Program-made: the position numbers and the translations under genes
Shown: positions 1-9,278 of the stretch, in pieces
Position numbering within the stretch: the first letter of the stretch is position 1
Layout of the letters: each line of letters opens with the position of its first letter
Assembly: GCA_002256025.1 (NCBI GenBank)
Contig: NKIB01012722.1
Span: 1 to 64,000, forward strand
Direction of reading: 5' to 3'
Origin: Asterionella formosa
Taxonomy: Eukaryota
DNA: 64,000 bases
Notes under the pieces: generated by a model
Database searches by the model: none
Told to the model about the DNA's origin: nothing
Seen by the model: the letters and a program-made list of their open reading frames with translations, nothing else

Positions 1-919
1 CATTTCGACGTGCATGTGTTGATGGGTACTTCCGAAGGCTGTGTGTGCCAATCAAACCATTGTTCATTCGTTTGAACTCACTACTTTCCCATACATCATC
101 ACGCAGAATTGTATAGGCCTTTCTTTTAGCATTTGATGGATTGTTGGTTTGTAGCGAAAACACCCATGGATTTTCAGGTGATGCGCCTTGTTCCATACAT
201 TCTGTCTCAAGATGAACAGCCAAGGCAAGGAGAACGCAATAGTCTTGCGACATGGATGCAATGAGTACCTGGTTTGGTGCCTCCCTCTCTTCTTTAGCGT
301 TTTTTGTCCAACACAGCTTGGCCATCAGAGTGAAAGGAAATCGAAGATTCGCAGTTAGGTTTATTTTTGTTAATTGCACACAATCGTCAATTCGGCCGAC
401 CATGTGGAATTGAAAGACACATAGTGCAGGCAACTGATACCGATGAATACTGTCCTTGAATGAATGAAGGATATGCATTGTACTGGAGAACTCTTGGGAT
501 TCTAGGGGTCGCCTTGCTTGTGATGGTTTCCCTTGTCTGCGCACTTCCTTCTTTTTTACTGCCTTGATGAGATTATTGACAGGCACAGACCTTGTTGGAT
601 TGCCACTGTGCATAATAGCATTCCAAGTGGAGAGTCGATTTGGCATAAAATACGACAATGCCTTTTTGTAGTATTCCAGGGAAGAAGACCGGCCATGTGT
701 TGGATTGTCATCATTGTTTGGATCAGGACGGCCATAGACTTTCATAGCCATCCATTTGTAGACATCCTCAGGTGTAACTTCCCCAAGTTCCTCTGGACTA
801 AACTCGTAGCTTTTAGAATATTCTATGCCATCTCTGTATGACATCATAGCAATTAGGACACTCTTGTAAACAGGGGATTGTGTAGGTTCATTTACTCTTC
901 TTGTTGGCATTGTCGCCAT
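1..919 (-). mobile_element. Tyrosine-recombinase ORF of a Crypton-like DNA transposon (306 codons, no stop, runs off the window edge)
   Basis: Manual translation from the ATG at 919: MATMPTRRVNEPTQSPVYKSVL...GRSSSLEYYKKALSYFMPNRLSTWN...GNPTRSVPVNNLIKAVKKKEVRRQG...FQFHMVGRIDD...LCWTKN...GLIGTHSLRKYPSTHARRN. It contains the box-I Arg (GRIDD) and the H-x-x-R box (HSLRK) of tyrosine recombinases. The ORF track omits it, probably because its stop lies outside the window. Confidence 0.85.
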
Positions 920-975
920 GTTGATATTTAGTTTAATTTTTTACTTCAATCCCATTTCATACCATGTTGTATCGT

Positions 976-1215
976 GGTAGAATTTCTTGGAAAATACCAT
1001 GGCATACTGCAGGGTTCCATTGGTCCGTTGGTAGAATATTCTACCAAAATGTGAAAAAAAATTCTACCCCCAGTACTACTGGGTAGAATTTTTGCCTTTG
1101 TCTATACCATATTTTCACCACGGTCAAGCAAGGGAGGGGTACCGGACAGTATTGACCTGTCCAGAGTAGAACACTACCGGAGCCCTGCAGAAAAATACTA
1201 CTTTGGTAGAATTTC
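976..1215. repeat. Cluster of GGTAGAAT/ATTCTACC motifs and palindromes upstream of the recombinase ORF
   Basis: GGTAGAATTT at 976. Perfect 20-bp palindrome TTGGTAGAATATTCTACCAA at 1028-1047. AAAAATTCTACCC-N11-GGGTAGAATTTTT at about 1057-1093. TTGGTAGAATTT at about 1203. Confidence 0.85.
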
Positions 1216-1706
1216 GTCAATAATGTATGAGTTATGAGTGACTATCAGCACCCGGATCTACGCTTTTTTATATAACGCTAGTATAGTACCGGTATCTGAT
1301 ACCTCCTATGTACCTGGTACCAGGGTACCTGGTACCCCTGGTACCAGCAGTCTACTCCGTACCAGTTAACCATGCTAGGAATCAAATGATTGAGCTGGTT
1401 CCGCTTGGCTGACCAGAAGTCATCATCAGTGAGTCCTGTGGATTTGCTTGCGCTTTTTCTTGCCAATAAATTGCAGTTCACAAGGAAACGGAACCTATGG
1501 GTTACATTTCCATCAGCTTGAAATCGACAGTAGAAACAATCCGCCTATACAAGTCTATTTATTGGGAAAAGGAAGGGTGAAAAAACAGCAAGAAGAAGTC
1601 AAGCCTCACATACTCCTCAATCCGACTCACGCCTTGAAGGTTCCTTTAGATTGGATCTTGATGATATTGGTTTCTTGACGAAACTTTGATAGAAAGGAAT
1701 CAAACA

Positions 1707-3049
1707 ATGCTGGATAGAGTAGTGTCGATTTTGGCAGCGGTGACATACGCAATTGCATTTACGTGTGCGCCAGGAATACGGCAATCCCCGAAATGGACGA
1801 CAACGTCCCTCAATATTGCTGATGTACTGGCGCCGAAGTATGACAAGCAATTGGCTGGCAGATGGGAAGAAGTGCACGGTAACTACATTCTCCCGCCGCC
1901 GATCGATCAAGGAGCCCCGCGAGCACTGTTACATTTTCTCGGAGGGGCTATTGTGGGAGCTGTTCCTCATCTTAGCTACCGATACATGCTAGAACGCCTT
2001 GCTGAGAAAGGTTTCCTAGTGGTGGCAACACCTTACAATCTCTCCTTTGATCATTTAGAAACCTGTGATGCTATAATTCAGAGATTTGAAAGAATTGCAC
2101 CCATGCTGGCGCAGCAGTATGGAGCAGTGCCTGTTGTTGGAGTTGGGCACTCGTGTGGAGCGCTATTACACCTATTGATTACGAGTCTATTCCCAGACAC
2201 ACCACGAGCAGCTAATGCCTTGATGAGTTTCAACAACAAACCTGTGAAAGAAGCTGTTCCTTTTTTCGAGGAGGTGAGTAACGTTTCAGAAAGCAAAGCT
2301 TGCAAACGATCCATTGAAATAATCGTGCTCAATCGATATGCAAGTTCTTCGCTCCTGCCTTTACAGCCCTTGCGGCAAAGAATGGAACTTTTCCCAGCAG
2401 TAATGAAGCTCTTAGGCTGAGCTTACGACTGGCCCGAGCAGCGTCAGAAGGGAATTTACCTTCAGATGATCTATTGACTGAAATTTCTAGCCTGCTGACA
2501 CCTAAACCTTTGGCTTCCTTCGCTCCTACCAACGTAATGATCCCATCTGCTTTGAGGGAGGCGCTTAAGACTATTATTTTTCCGGCTAGTGAAGCCTTGA
2601 CTGGTACTGGCATACTTCCTTTGATGAATGATTTTGTTGATACCCTTGATCAAATACCACTACTCATTGAAGAAGTTGCAAACGGGGCTCGTGATTTTGT
2701 TCCTCCTCCAGAGTTAGTGCGAGGAGCTGCAAGAAGGGCATACAGAGCAAGGAGAACACTAATTTTGGGGTATGATAATGATCCACTAGACGAATCGGAA
2801 GAGATTGAAGGACTACTGAAAGAAGCAGAGAGTGTTACTCGCATGAAACGGCCAATGATTCAGATTGATGTACAACGCAAAATCTTGGAGGGAAACCATG
2901 CCACTCCCTTACTGGCTCCACCATTGGATCTTGCATTACAAGCCGAAAATATTCTTGGTGCTGACTCAGCGAAGGAACGGCTAAATTATTCACAGGCTGA
3001 TGCTACGGTAGCTGAATTGATATGTTGGCTTGAAGAAGGCGGTGTTTAA
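1707..3049 (+). CDS. DUF1350-like alpha/beta-hydrolase, probably plastid-targeted; one intron at 2274-2344
   Basis: Motifs HFLGGA, GFLVVATPY, nucleophile elbow GVGHSCG and C-terminal GNHATP. Removing the GT..AG intron joins ORFs 1686 and 2474 in frame. The N-terminus is hydrophobic and ends in AIAF. Confidence 0.75.
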
Positions 3050-3117
3050 CAAAACAGTAACACATCTAAAAATATTTCAGGAAATTTCTGAAAACTCTTG
3101 TACTAAATAAATTTTCT

Positions 3118-5412
3118 TTATGGCTTGGAAAAAAATGGAGGAGGCGGCATCCCAATAGAACCAAATAGGGCTGCTGCACTATTTGTGGTAGCTGGATCTA
3201 CCGCCGCTTGCTGAGGGCAAGGCGCTAAGAGTTGAGTCTGGCCCTTTGGAGACAGAGGAACATCCATCATTCCATCGTCAGAATCCAGGGCATAGGGACT
3301 CTCCCCGACTCCGTTTGGTGATCCAAAGACACTGGCTGCGCTCACTGCAGCTGGATGAGTTCTACTAGAGCTTGCGATTTCCGAACTCGGCTTTTCGTGT
3401 TTTGATGTTTTAAGGATTTGCTCCGGGAGAGGATCGTGGATTCCATTGCGATTTGCGTTTGAAGTCAGCGTCGTATCTTGAGTGATTGTCTTAACCAAAG
3501 GTTCTTCTTCGGCATAGCTTATGGGCGTGACAAACACGCTAGCTTTTTCTACGTTCAGTTCGGGGGCTTCAAACTCATGAGCAATGGACGTGGAATGATC
3601 TGTTGGTGCTTCCGTAGTGACCGAAGGAGCATAGGCTGACGATGAGCTTCCCAACAGGTTGTCTGCGCGCTTTTCAGTTGCAATGCATGCAGATTCCTTG
3701 ATCAGCTGAGAATGTGGCGCTAATTTTTGCTCATTACTTGAAATGCCGCTTTCCGGGGTAGGGCCACACACAAAAACTGCCGCATTGTCGGAGACTGGCG
3801 TCGCCGGGGTCGAAAATAGTTGATGGGCATCTCCCGAGACTGGGGAGGGCTGAGAAAGAAAAAATTGCTGTGCGTTTCCAGAGGCCGGAGCGGGCTGAGA
3901 TGAAAAACGTTGCTGAGCATTTCCAGATGCAGGCGATTGTTGAGGAAGAACAGTATCAACATAAGGTGAAGCATTTCCCAGTTGTTGCTGAGGATGTCCC
4001 AACAAAACTCCTCGAGATCCGTTGCTGTTGTAAGGCGATGCGATGTTAAGTTGATTCTGCTCTTGCTGCTTGGATGCACTTTGTGGATACGTGGGTTGCT
4101 GGTGATTTGGTGGGGACATTGATGACAATGGTGGAGGCGGGAAGAATGTCGTTGAAGGTGTAGCGGGGGCAGAGTTTGTTTGAGGATATCCGGGTTGAGT
4201 ATATGGCACTGTCTGAGGCTGCTGGTGTCCTGATTGCTGTTGAGTCCCTACTTGTTGCTGAAAGTTTATACCAGTTTGAGCAGCAGCACCAACTGGATTA
4301 AACATGGTATAGATACCAGGCGCAGGAGGAGCAACTGCAAAGTTATATCCACCTGACATTGGTACTGCAGCTATGGGTATCCCCGGATTGTTATTGTAGA
4401 CGGGATATCTAGCCTTCATTGCTCCACCACCAAAGGCAGCATAGGGGTTGGCGGCACCAGCATATCCGCTAGACGAAGGAGCAGATACTGAAGTGCTATT
4501 TCCCGATGACGGTGGAGGTGGGACCGCAGCAGCTAAGTTTCCCGAGCTGGAGTGTCCATATTTAATCTGTAGATTGACATCCGAGGACGAAGAATGGAAG
4601 CCATCCGACTTATATTTGTTGCTGAAAATAGCTGCCGACGAGTGGCCGGTTCGCGAGTAGGAATGCTGTCCCGATGTTGGTGCTGGTGGTGGCACAGCAG
4701 GGCTACTTGTCGCACTTTGAACAGGGTTGATGTCGGATACATTTTGAACAGCGTATTTGGCTGGGACATTTGGACTGGGAGTTGTCATCATGCCGTAGTA
4801 GTTTGCATCAGGAGTTGGTCCAGGAGTGGATGGAGGAGGCGCAGACAAGCCACCAATGGGTGGAGGTGGCAAGGCCGAATTCCGAATCTGCAAACCGCCC
4901 ATATCAATCCCTGGAGGCAAGCCTATGCCTCCATTATCCAATGCATCCCGTGTCTCTTGCTGAAGCTGAAGCGGTAAAAGGTACTGACGGACACTGTTGA
5001 CAGAGGCCAAGTCATATGGAGTTTGACCTTCTGAGTTCTTGGCAACAACCGACGCGCCAAACTGTGTTACTAGGAGACGCACCGTATCCATGCTGACTTT
5101 GTTCTCTGACAAGCAAGCGTAATGTAGCGGCGTATTTCCAGCATAGTCCACGATATTTGTATTGGCACCAGGAATGTTCATAATCTGACGAATAATGTTG
5201 TTCATACTGTACTGGCAAGCTAAATGCAAGGGATATGCTCCCTTAGTAGGCTGTACAACCTCCATGAGAGGATCAATTTCGGCAAGGCATGATTGTGCGG
5301 CAACCTCGTCATTTCGTTGGATGCAGTAAGCAAAGCGGCTCAGCGCGTCGGTCGGCGGGGGAGCTACTGTTTGAGCCAAGTTTTCAAGTTGTTGCGTGGC
5401 CCACGAAAACAT
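3118..5412 (-). CDS. Ankyrin-repeat protein with a long Pro/Gln/Ser-rich disordered tail
   Basis: 764-aa ORF with ankyrin motifs GAYPLHLAC, GNTPLHYAC and GQTPYDLA. Confidence 0.85.
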   Translation of the reverse strand: MFSWATQQLENLAQTVAPPPTDALSRFAYCIQRNDEVAAQSCLAEIDPLMEVVQPTKGAYPLHLACQYSMNNIIRQIMNIPGANTNIVDYAGNTPLHYACLSENKVSMDTVRLLVTQFGASVVAKNSEGQTPYDLASVNSVRQYLLPLQLQQETRDALDNGGIGLPPGIDMGGLQIRNSALPPPPIGGLSAPPPSTPGPTPDANYYGMMTTPSPNVPAKYAVQNVSDINPVQSATSSPAVPPPAPTSGQHSYSRTGHSSAAIFSNKYKSDGFHSSSSDVNLQIKYGHSSSGNLAAAVPPPPSSGNSTSVSAPSSSGYAGAANPYAAFGGGAMKARYPVYNNNPGIPIAAVPMSGGYNFAVAPPAPGIYTMFNPVGAAAQTGINFQQQVGTQQQSGHQQPQTVPYTQPGYPQTNSAPATPSTTFFPPPPLSSMSPPNHQQPTYPQSASKQQEQNQLNIASPYNSNGSRGVLLGHPQQQLGNASPYVDTVLPQQSPASGNAQQRFSSQPAPASGNAQQFFLSQPSPVSGDAHQLFSTPATPVSDNAAVFVCGPTPESGISSNEQKLAPHSQLIKESACIATEKRADNLLGSSSSAYAPSVTTEAPTDHSTSIAHEFEAPELNVEKASVFVTPISYAEEEPLVKTITQDTTLTSNANRNGIHDPLPEQILKTSKHEKPSSEIASSSRTHPAAVSAASVFGSPNGVGESPYALDSDDGMMDVPLSPKGQTQLLAPCPQQAAVDPATTNSAAALFGSIGMPPPPFFSKP

Positions 5413-6802
5413 TGTTGGAATCTAGTTTCTGCTGTTTGTTCTGTTCAGAAGAGAGTAGGTCTAGGCAGCTAGGCTTACCGTCGATATTAATTGGATTATT
5501 AGACCAGACTTTCTAGTTTCTGACACTGTTGGAATGGAATGATGCGGTTCAGCACCTTTGTGGCTGCCGTAAAAGGTTATATCCGTCAAAAAGCAATACG
5601 ACCTGGAGACTAACGGTATACCTATATCATAGCCAACATACCGGTACTGGTCTCTTGACTGCGAGTATACGGTACATGTGTTCGAGCCTGGGTGGCGCGA
5701 GTAGGTTGACAGTACGAGTGGCGCCCCCGGCGCTGAGAGAAGGTCACCCTACGAGTGCCTTCCCAGCAGGGTACCTGGTACCGGTACCGGTAGACATGTA
5801 TACGAGAAGCCAAGTAGCCGCCGAGAAGGGTATTGTTGAGGCAATTCACAAACTAGCTATCATGCCGTCATTCGCTTACATATTGCCTACGAATAAAGCA
5901 TAAATGTTAATTTTTGGTTACTATTTATTGCCCATCATATAAAGTACATTTCGTTTATTTCCTATATCCACATCCAAAATTGCCAAAGGTCCGATATTGC
6001 CCATCATGTAAATATATTTTTTATATTTCATATGTTAGCATTTTGGCAAGACATCAGACACCAAAATTGCCCCTCGGTTTTCCAGCCCTGGGATTGCCGA
6101 AATTGGCAAGGGGTTTACTTAAGGACACCATTTTACATACTCTAAAGATTTTGATAATTTATATCTAGAATTCACCTCATTTTTGCTTTTCTCCTGAAAA
6201 GTGGACTCCGGCAAGTCACCTTTCACCATGCCAATCGTTGTCCACCATGACTGTTTTGAAGCGAAATCAGTTCAGTGATGATGCCACCAGTAGCGATTCG
6301 TTGTCTAACGGATGCGGTTGGTTGTTGGATTGCTTGTCATCTCGAGGGATTCATGTAGTCACATCATCCATATTTCGTCAGACAAACGATGACAGCGATA
6401 CATCTGATGTTGGTGGCAAGTTTTTGCTCTGGTCATGATGCATGTGATGATGCTTAACGGATATTCTACCAGTAGTCATCTAGCCAACATATGTACATGG
6501 TATTGAAAACAACCATGCATGGTTTAAACTAAACTTTAGCGCTTACTTTGAACTCGGCCGTTATAATATTATCTCTGTAGACTCAGTAATATTTTTACGA
6601 GACCAGAATGTTAAATTATATCGTTCACATACTGATTGATTTTACTTACCGTATGCCCAATTTCGTCCTCATAATTAGAATTCTTACTCTATCCTGCCTG
6701 CCATTTCTCAATTCGGACTTGCAACAGGAACTTTTGACTTTCTTACATCTGCAAATAAAAACTATCATGCATATAGGATCAAGGGTATTGTACACTAAGT
6801 GG

Positions 6803-7038
6803 GGGAATGGCTTAGTGGTTAGCACACCCACTGTGGTGGAGGGTTTGATTCCTGCATTCTCCACCTGTCTTTTTCATGTAGTCCCTAGGGTTCTGGGGGG
6901 TGCGGCTGACGAAACGACAGGTCCCGTTGTACTGTATGGACGAATAAAACTGGTACTAATTGTGTCCATCTATTTGGTGGCTGGGCCCGAGTGCAATTAT
7001 TGGTTAGCTTTAATGCAATATAAAATTTCATTTACATT
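6803..7038 (+). mobile_element. tRNA-derived SINE, apparently full-length copy
   Basis: A-box TGGCTTAGTGG and B-box-like GGTTTGATTCC in the head. The tail is made of ATTT/CATTT units. It is flanked by the exact 17-bp direct repeat TATTGTACACTAAGTGG (6786-6802 and 7039-7055). Confidence 0.8.
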
Positions 7039-7202
7039 TATTGTACACTAAGTGGCACAGGATATTTACATAACAAATGATAACAGCTTTTGGATCAAAA
7101 ATCTGATTAATGTATCATAATAATGATCATCTAGTAAACTTTTACCAAGCTTGAAGCATGATGATATTATCATGGTTAAAATACCATTGCGCCATATAAT
7201 TA

Positions 7203-7426
7203 AAATGTCGATTAAATTATATAGTACATTAAAGCTATCCAATGATTGCACTTCTTGGGCCCACCAAACAGATGGACACAATTAGTACCGGTTTTATTCG
7301 TCCTTACGGTATAACGGGAACTGTCTTTTTTGTCAGCCGCATCCCCCGGAACCCTAGGGACTACACGAAAAAGACAGGTGGAGAATTCAGGAATCGAACC
7401 CGCCACCACAGTGGGTGTGCTAACCA
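7203..7426 (-). mobile_element. Second, 5'-truncated copy of the same SINE in the opposite orientation
   Basis: Reverse complement of 6815-7030 with a canonical B-box GGTTCGATTCC. Flanked by CCATATAATTA (7192-7202) and CCACATAATTA (7427-7437). Confidence 0.75.
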
Positions 7427-7802
7427 CCACATAATTAGCTAAACATGGGCCTATGATGTGTATACTTTTGTCATACATCTATCTTAACATGATCGTAATT
7501 CTCATCGAAATCACTGTTCAAAATAGGATAAAATGGATCGAAATTTAGAACTATATTTAAAAATGATTCTATGTTTCTATATCTTAAGTGGCTATTGAAT
7601 GTTCTACAGTTCTCTCATCGCAATGATTGGTGCTTTCACTTCCACTTTCCCTCCAATCCAATTTTGAAGGTTGTTTTGCTGGTTGCCTTGCCCTTGTTCC
7701 CCTGCTTTCCTTTTACTCCTGACGGTTCTGAGTTTGCATTCATTTAATCTGTTTCGTTGTCCCAATCATACTAACAAAGAAAAGTAATTCATTGTTAGCT
7801 GT

Positions 7803-8075
7803 TCAACGGAGGAGGGGTGGGAACCCCAGGGTGGGAAACCAAAATCCGCCCATTCCTGTGGCAGAGGCATCAGAGGCGCCAAGGGCGGTGGGGGAAGATG
7901 GGACAAGTTCCCAAAGGCGGGTCAGTTGAGAACCACCACTGTTGGCTAGGAGGTGGAAATCTGCTAGAAAGTCGCAGATGGCCTGAGCGGTACAAACACG
8001 ATTACCAGATGCGGTGGTGAAGGCATGTTGAAGGAGGCTGAAGAGTCCACAACTCACAGGGAGGGCGGAGATCAT
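7803..8075 (-). mobile_element. Fragment of a DIRS/Ngaro-like retrotransposon RT-RNase H junction
   Basis: GC-rich island translating GLFSLLQHAF...DFLADF...TRLWELVP...SDASATGMGGFWFP, which matches the (T/S)DASxxGxGG start of RNase H in YR retrotransposons. Confidence 0.55.
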
Positions 8076-9278
8076 GCTGGCGAGTGAAATTATTGTTTGC
8101 AAAAACGTCTTCAATTGTTGGTTGAGTGATCATAATACGACTATCTTTGAGTATTCATCATGTGTGTGCAGTGCACCTATGTTCATAATCATTCAATTAA
8201 GAGAATTAGAGAAGAAATCATTCGAACTTGTAATGGTTCAGCACACAGCGCACAAAGTAAATCTGTTCCATCAACCAGCATTACAATCTTGCCAATCAAC
8301 TTGTAAACAAACACATTCTACTTGTTCTTGTTGACATTTTAAATTCTCACATACTACATCTACAATTGAGATTCAGCATAGAAGGAGATACGAAAATGTA
8401 ACAGACTGCTGTCCACATAGTTCTAGTTATAGAATGATTCTGATTACGAATTTTTTCACATTGCTTGTTTCCGCATTTGGGATGTTGTTCTTGTAGTCAC
8501 TGTTGAACTTGTCTGCATCTTTGTTGTTACCATCAATTGAGGGACAAGTGGCTCTCTTCATTGTTGTTTGTTCCTGGAAAACTCGGTATCTGTATGATCA
8601 TCAATAGAGGGACAGGACAAGTGTCCTACATCATTATGGTTTGCCACTTGAAAAATTGGAACCTGGTGTATCATCATTCGCTCATTGGAACTGGCTGTTG
8701 CTTCAAACCTGTGCGTACATACACCACTGTCAACTTGTGTACATTACATGTAGTATGATACTGCAGACGTATGTACAGCAGTGACTTTCAGTCATGTTAT
8801 AATTTACTATAGTATGATGCAGTCAGTATACAGTTCCAAATCAACAACATTGAATGTTTGACAAGATTATAATATGATATTACAAATTGTACCTGAATAT
8901 GGGATTTCAAATATGTCGGTCGTTGAGGGAGTTTTTTTGCTGGCACCAGGGGCGGTAGTGCCGCCTCCTTCCTTGTTGTACTCCGGCAGTGGTACAAAAA
9001 ATACGAAAATAATTTTTGCCGTGAGATCAATTACCACCAGGGGTAGCTACGGCTGATTTTCAGTCTCGTCCCGTGACGAAAGAAACGCCCCGGTCACGAA
9101 CTGACAAATACCAATCCAATTTTCAAACCCACAGGGACCGGTCAAACGAAACACACAGGACTGCATCACTTGCTTGATTTTGAAATTCCATTGTCATAAA
9201 ACCATCCTCATCTCTCCATTATTTCTCGCCACTCTAATGTTACCAGGGATTGCCAACTTTAGTAAATTCCAAATCAAC

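Larger units (their letters stand above)
6748..7801. repeat. Dispersed AT-rich repeat, copy A (degenerate TE or LTR-like), interrupted by two SINE insertions
   Basis: Collinear similarity to 14509-15182, for example TCTGCAAATAAAAA.TATCATGCA.ATAGGATCAAGGGTAT, TTTTGGATCAAAA, AACATGATC.TAATTCT and the terminal TTGTTAGCT. Confidence 0.7.

Noticed and set aside
533..841. 102-aa plus-strand ORF, and the similar ORF at 19420-19647
   Set aside because: Both are antisense shadows of the Crypton recombinase sequence; their similarity only reflects the repeat.
5900..6130. Repeated ATTGCC(C) motifs, also near 16670
   Set aside because: Possibly transposon subterminal motifs, but I could not define termini, a TSD or a clear alignment.
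6803..6870. Functional tRNA gene
   Set aside because: It has A and B boxes but no proper anticodon arm. It continues into a SINE body and is flanked by a TSD.
6608..7478. ORFs 6608-7051 and 7212-7478 with similar peptides
   Set aside because: These are chance translations of the two SINE copies.
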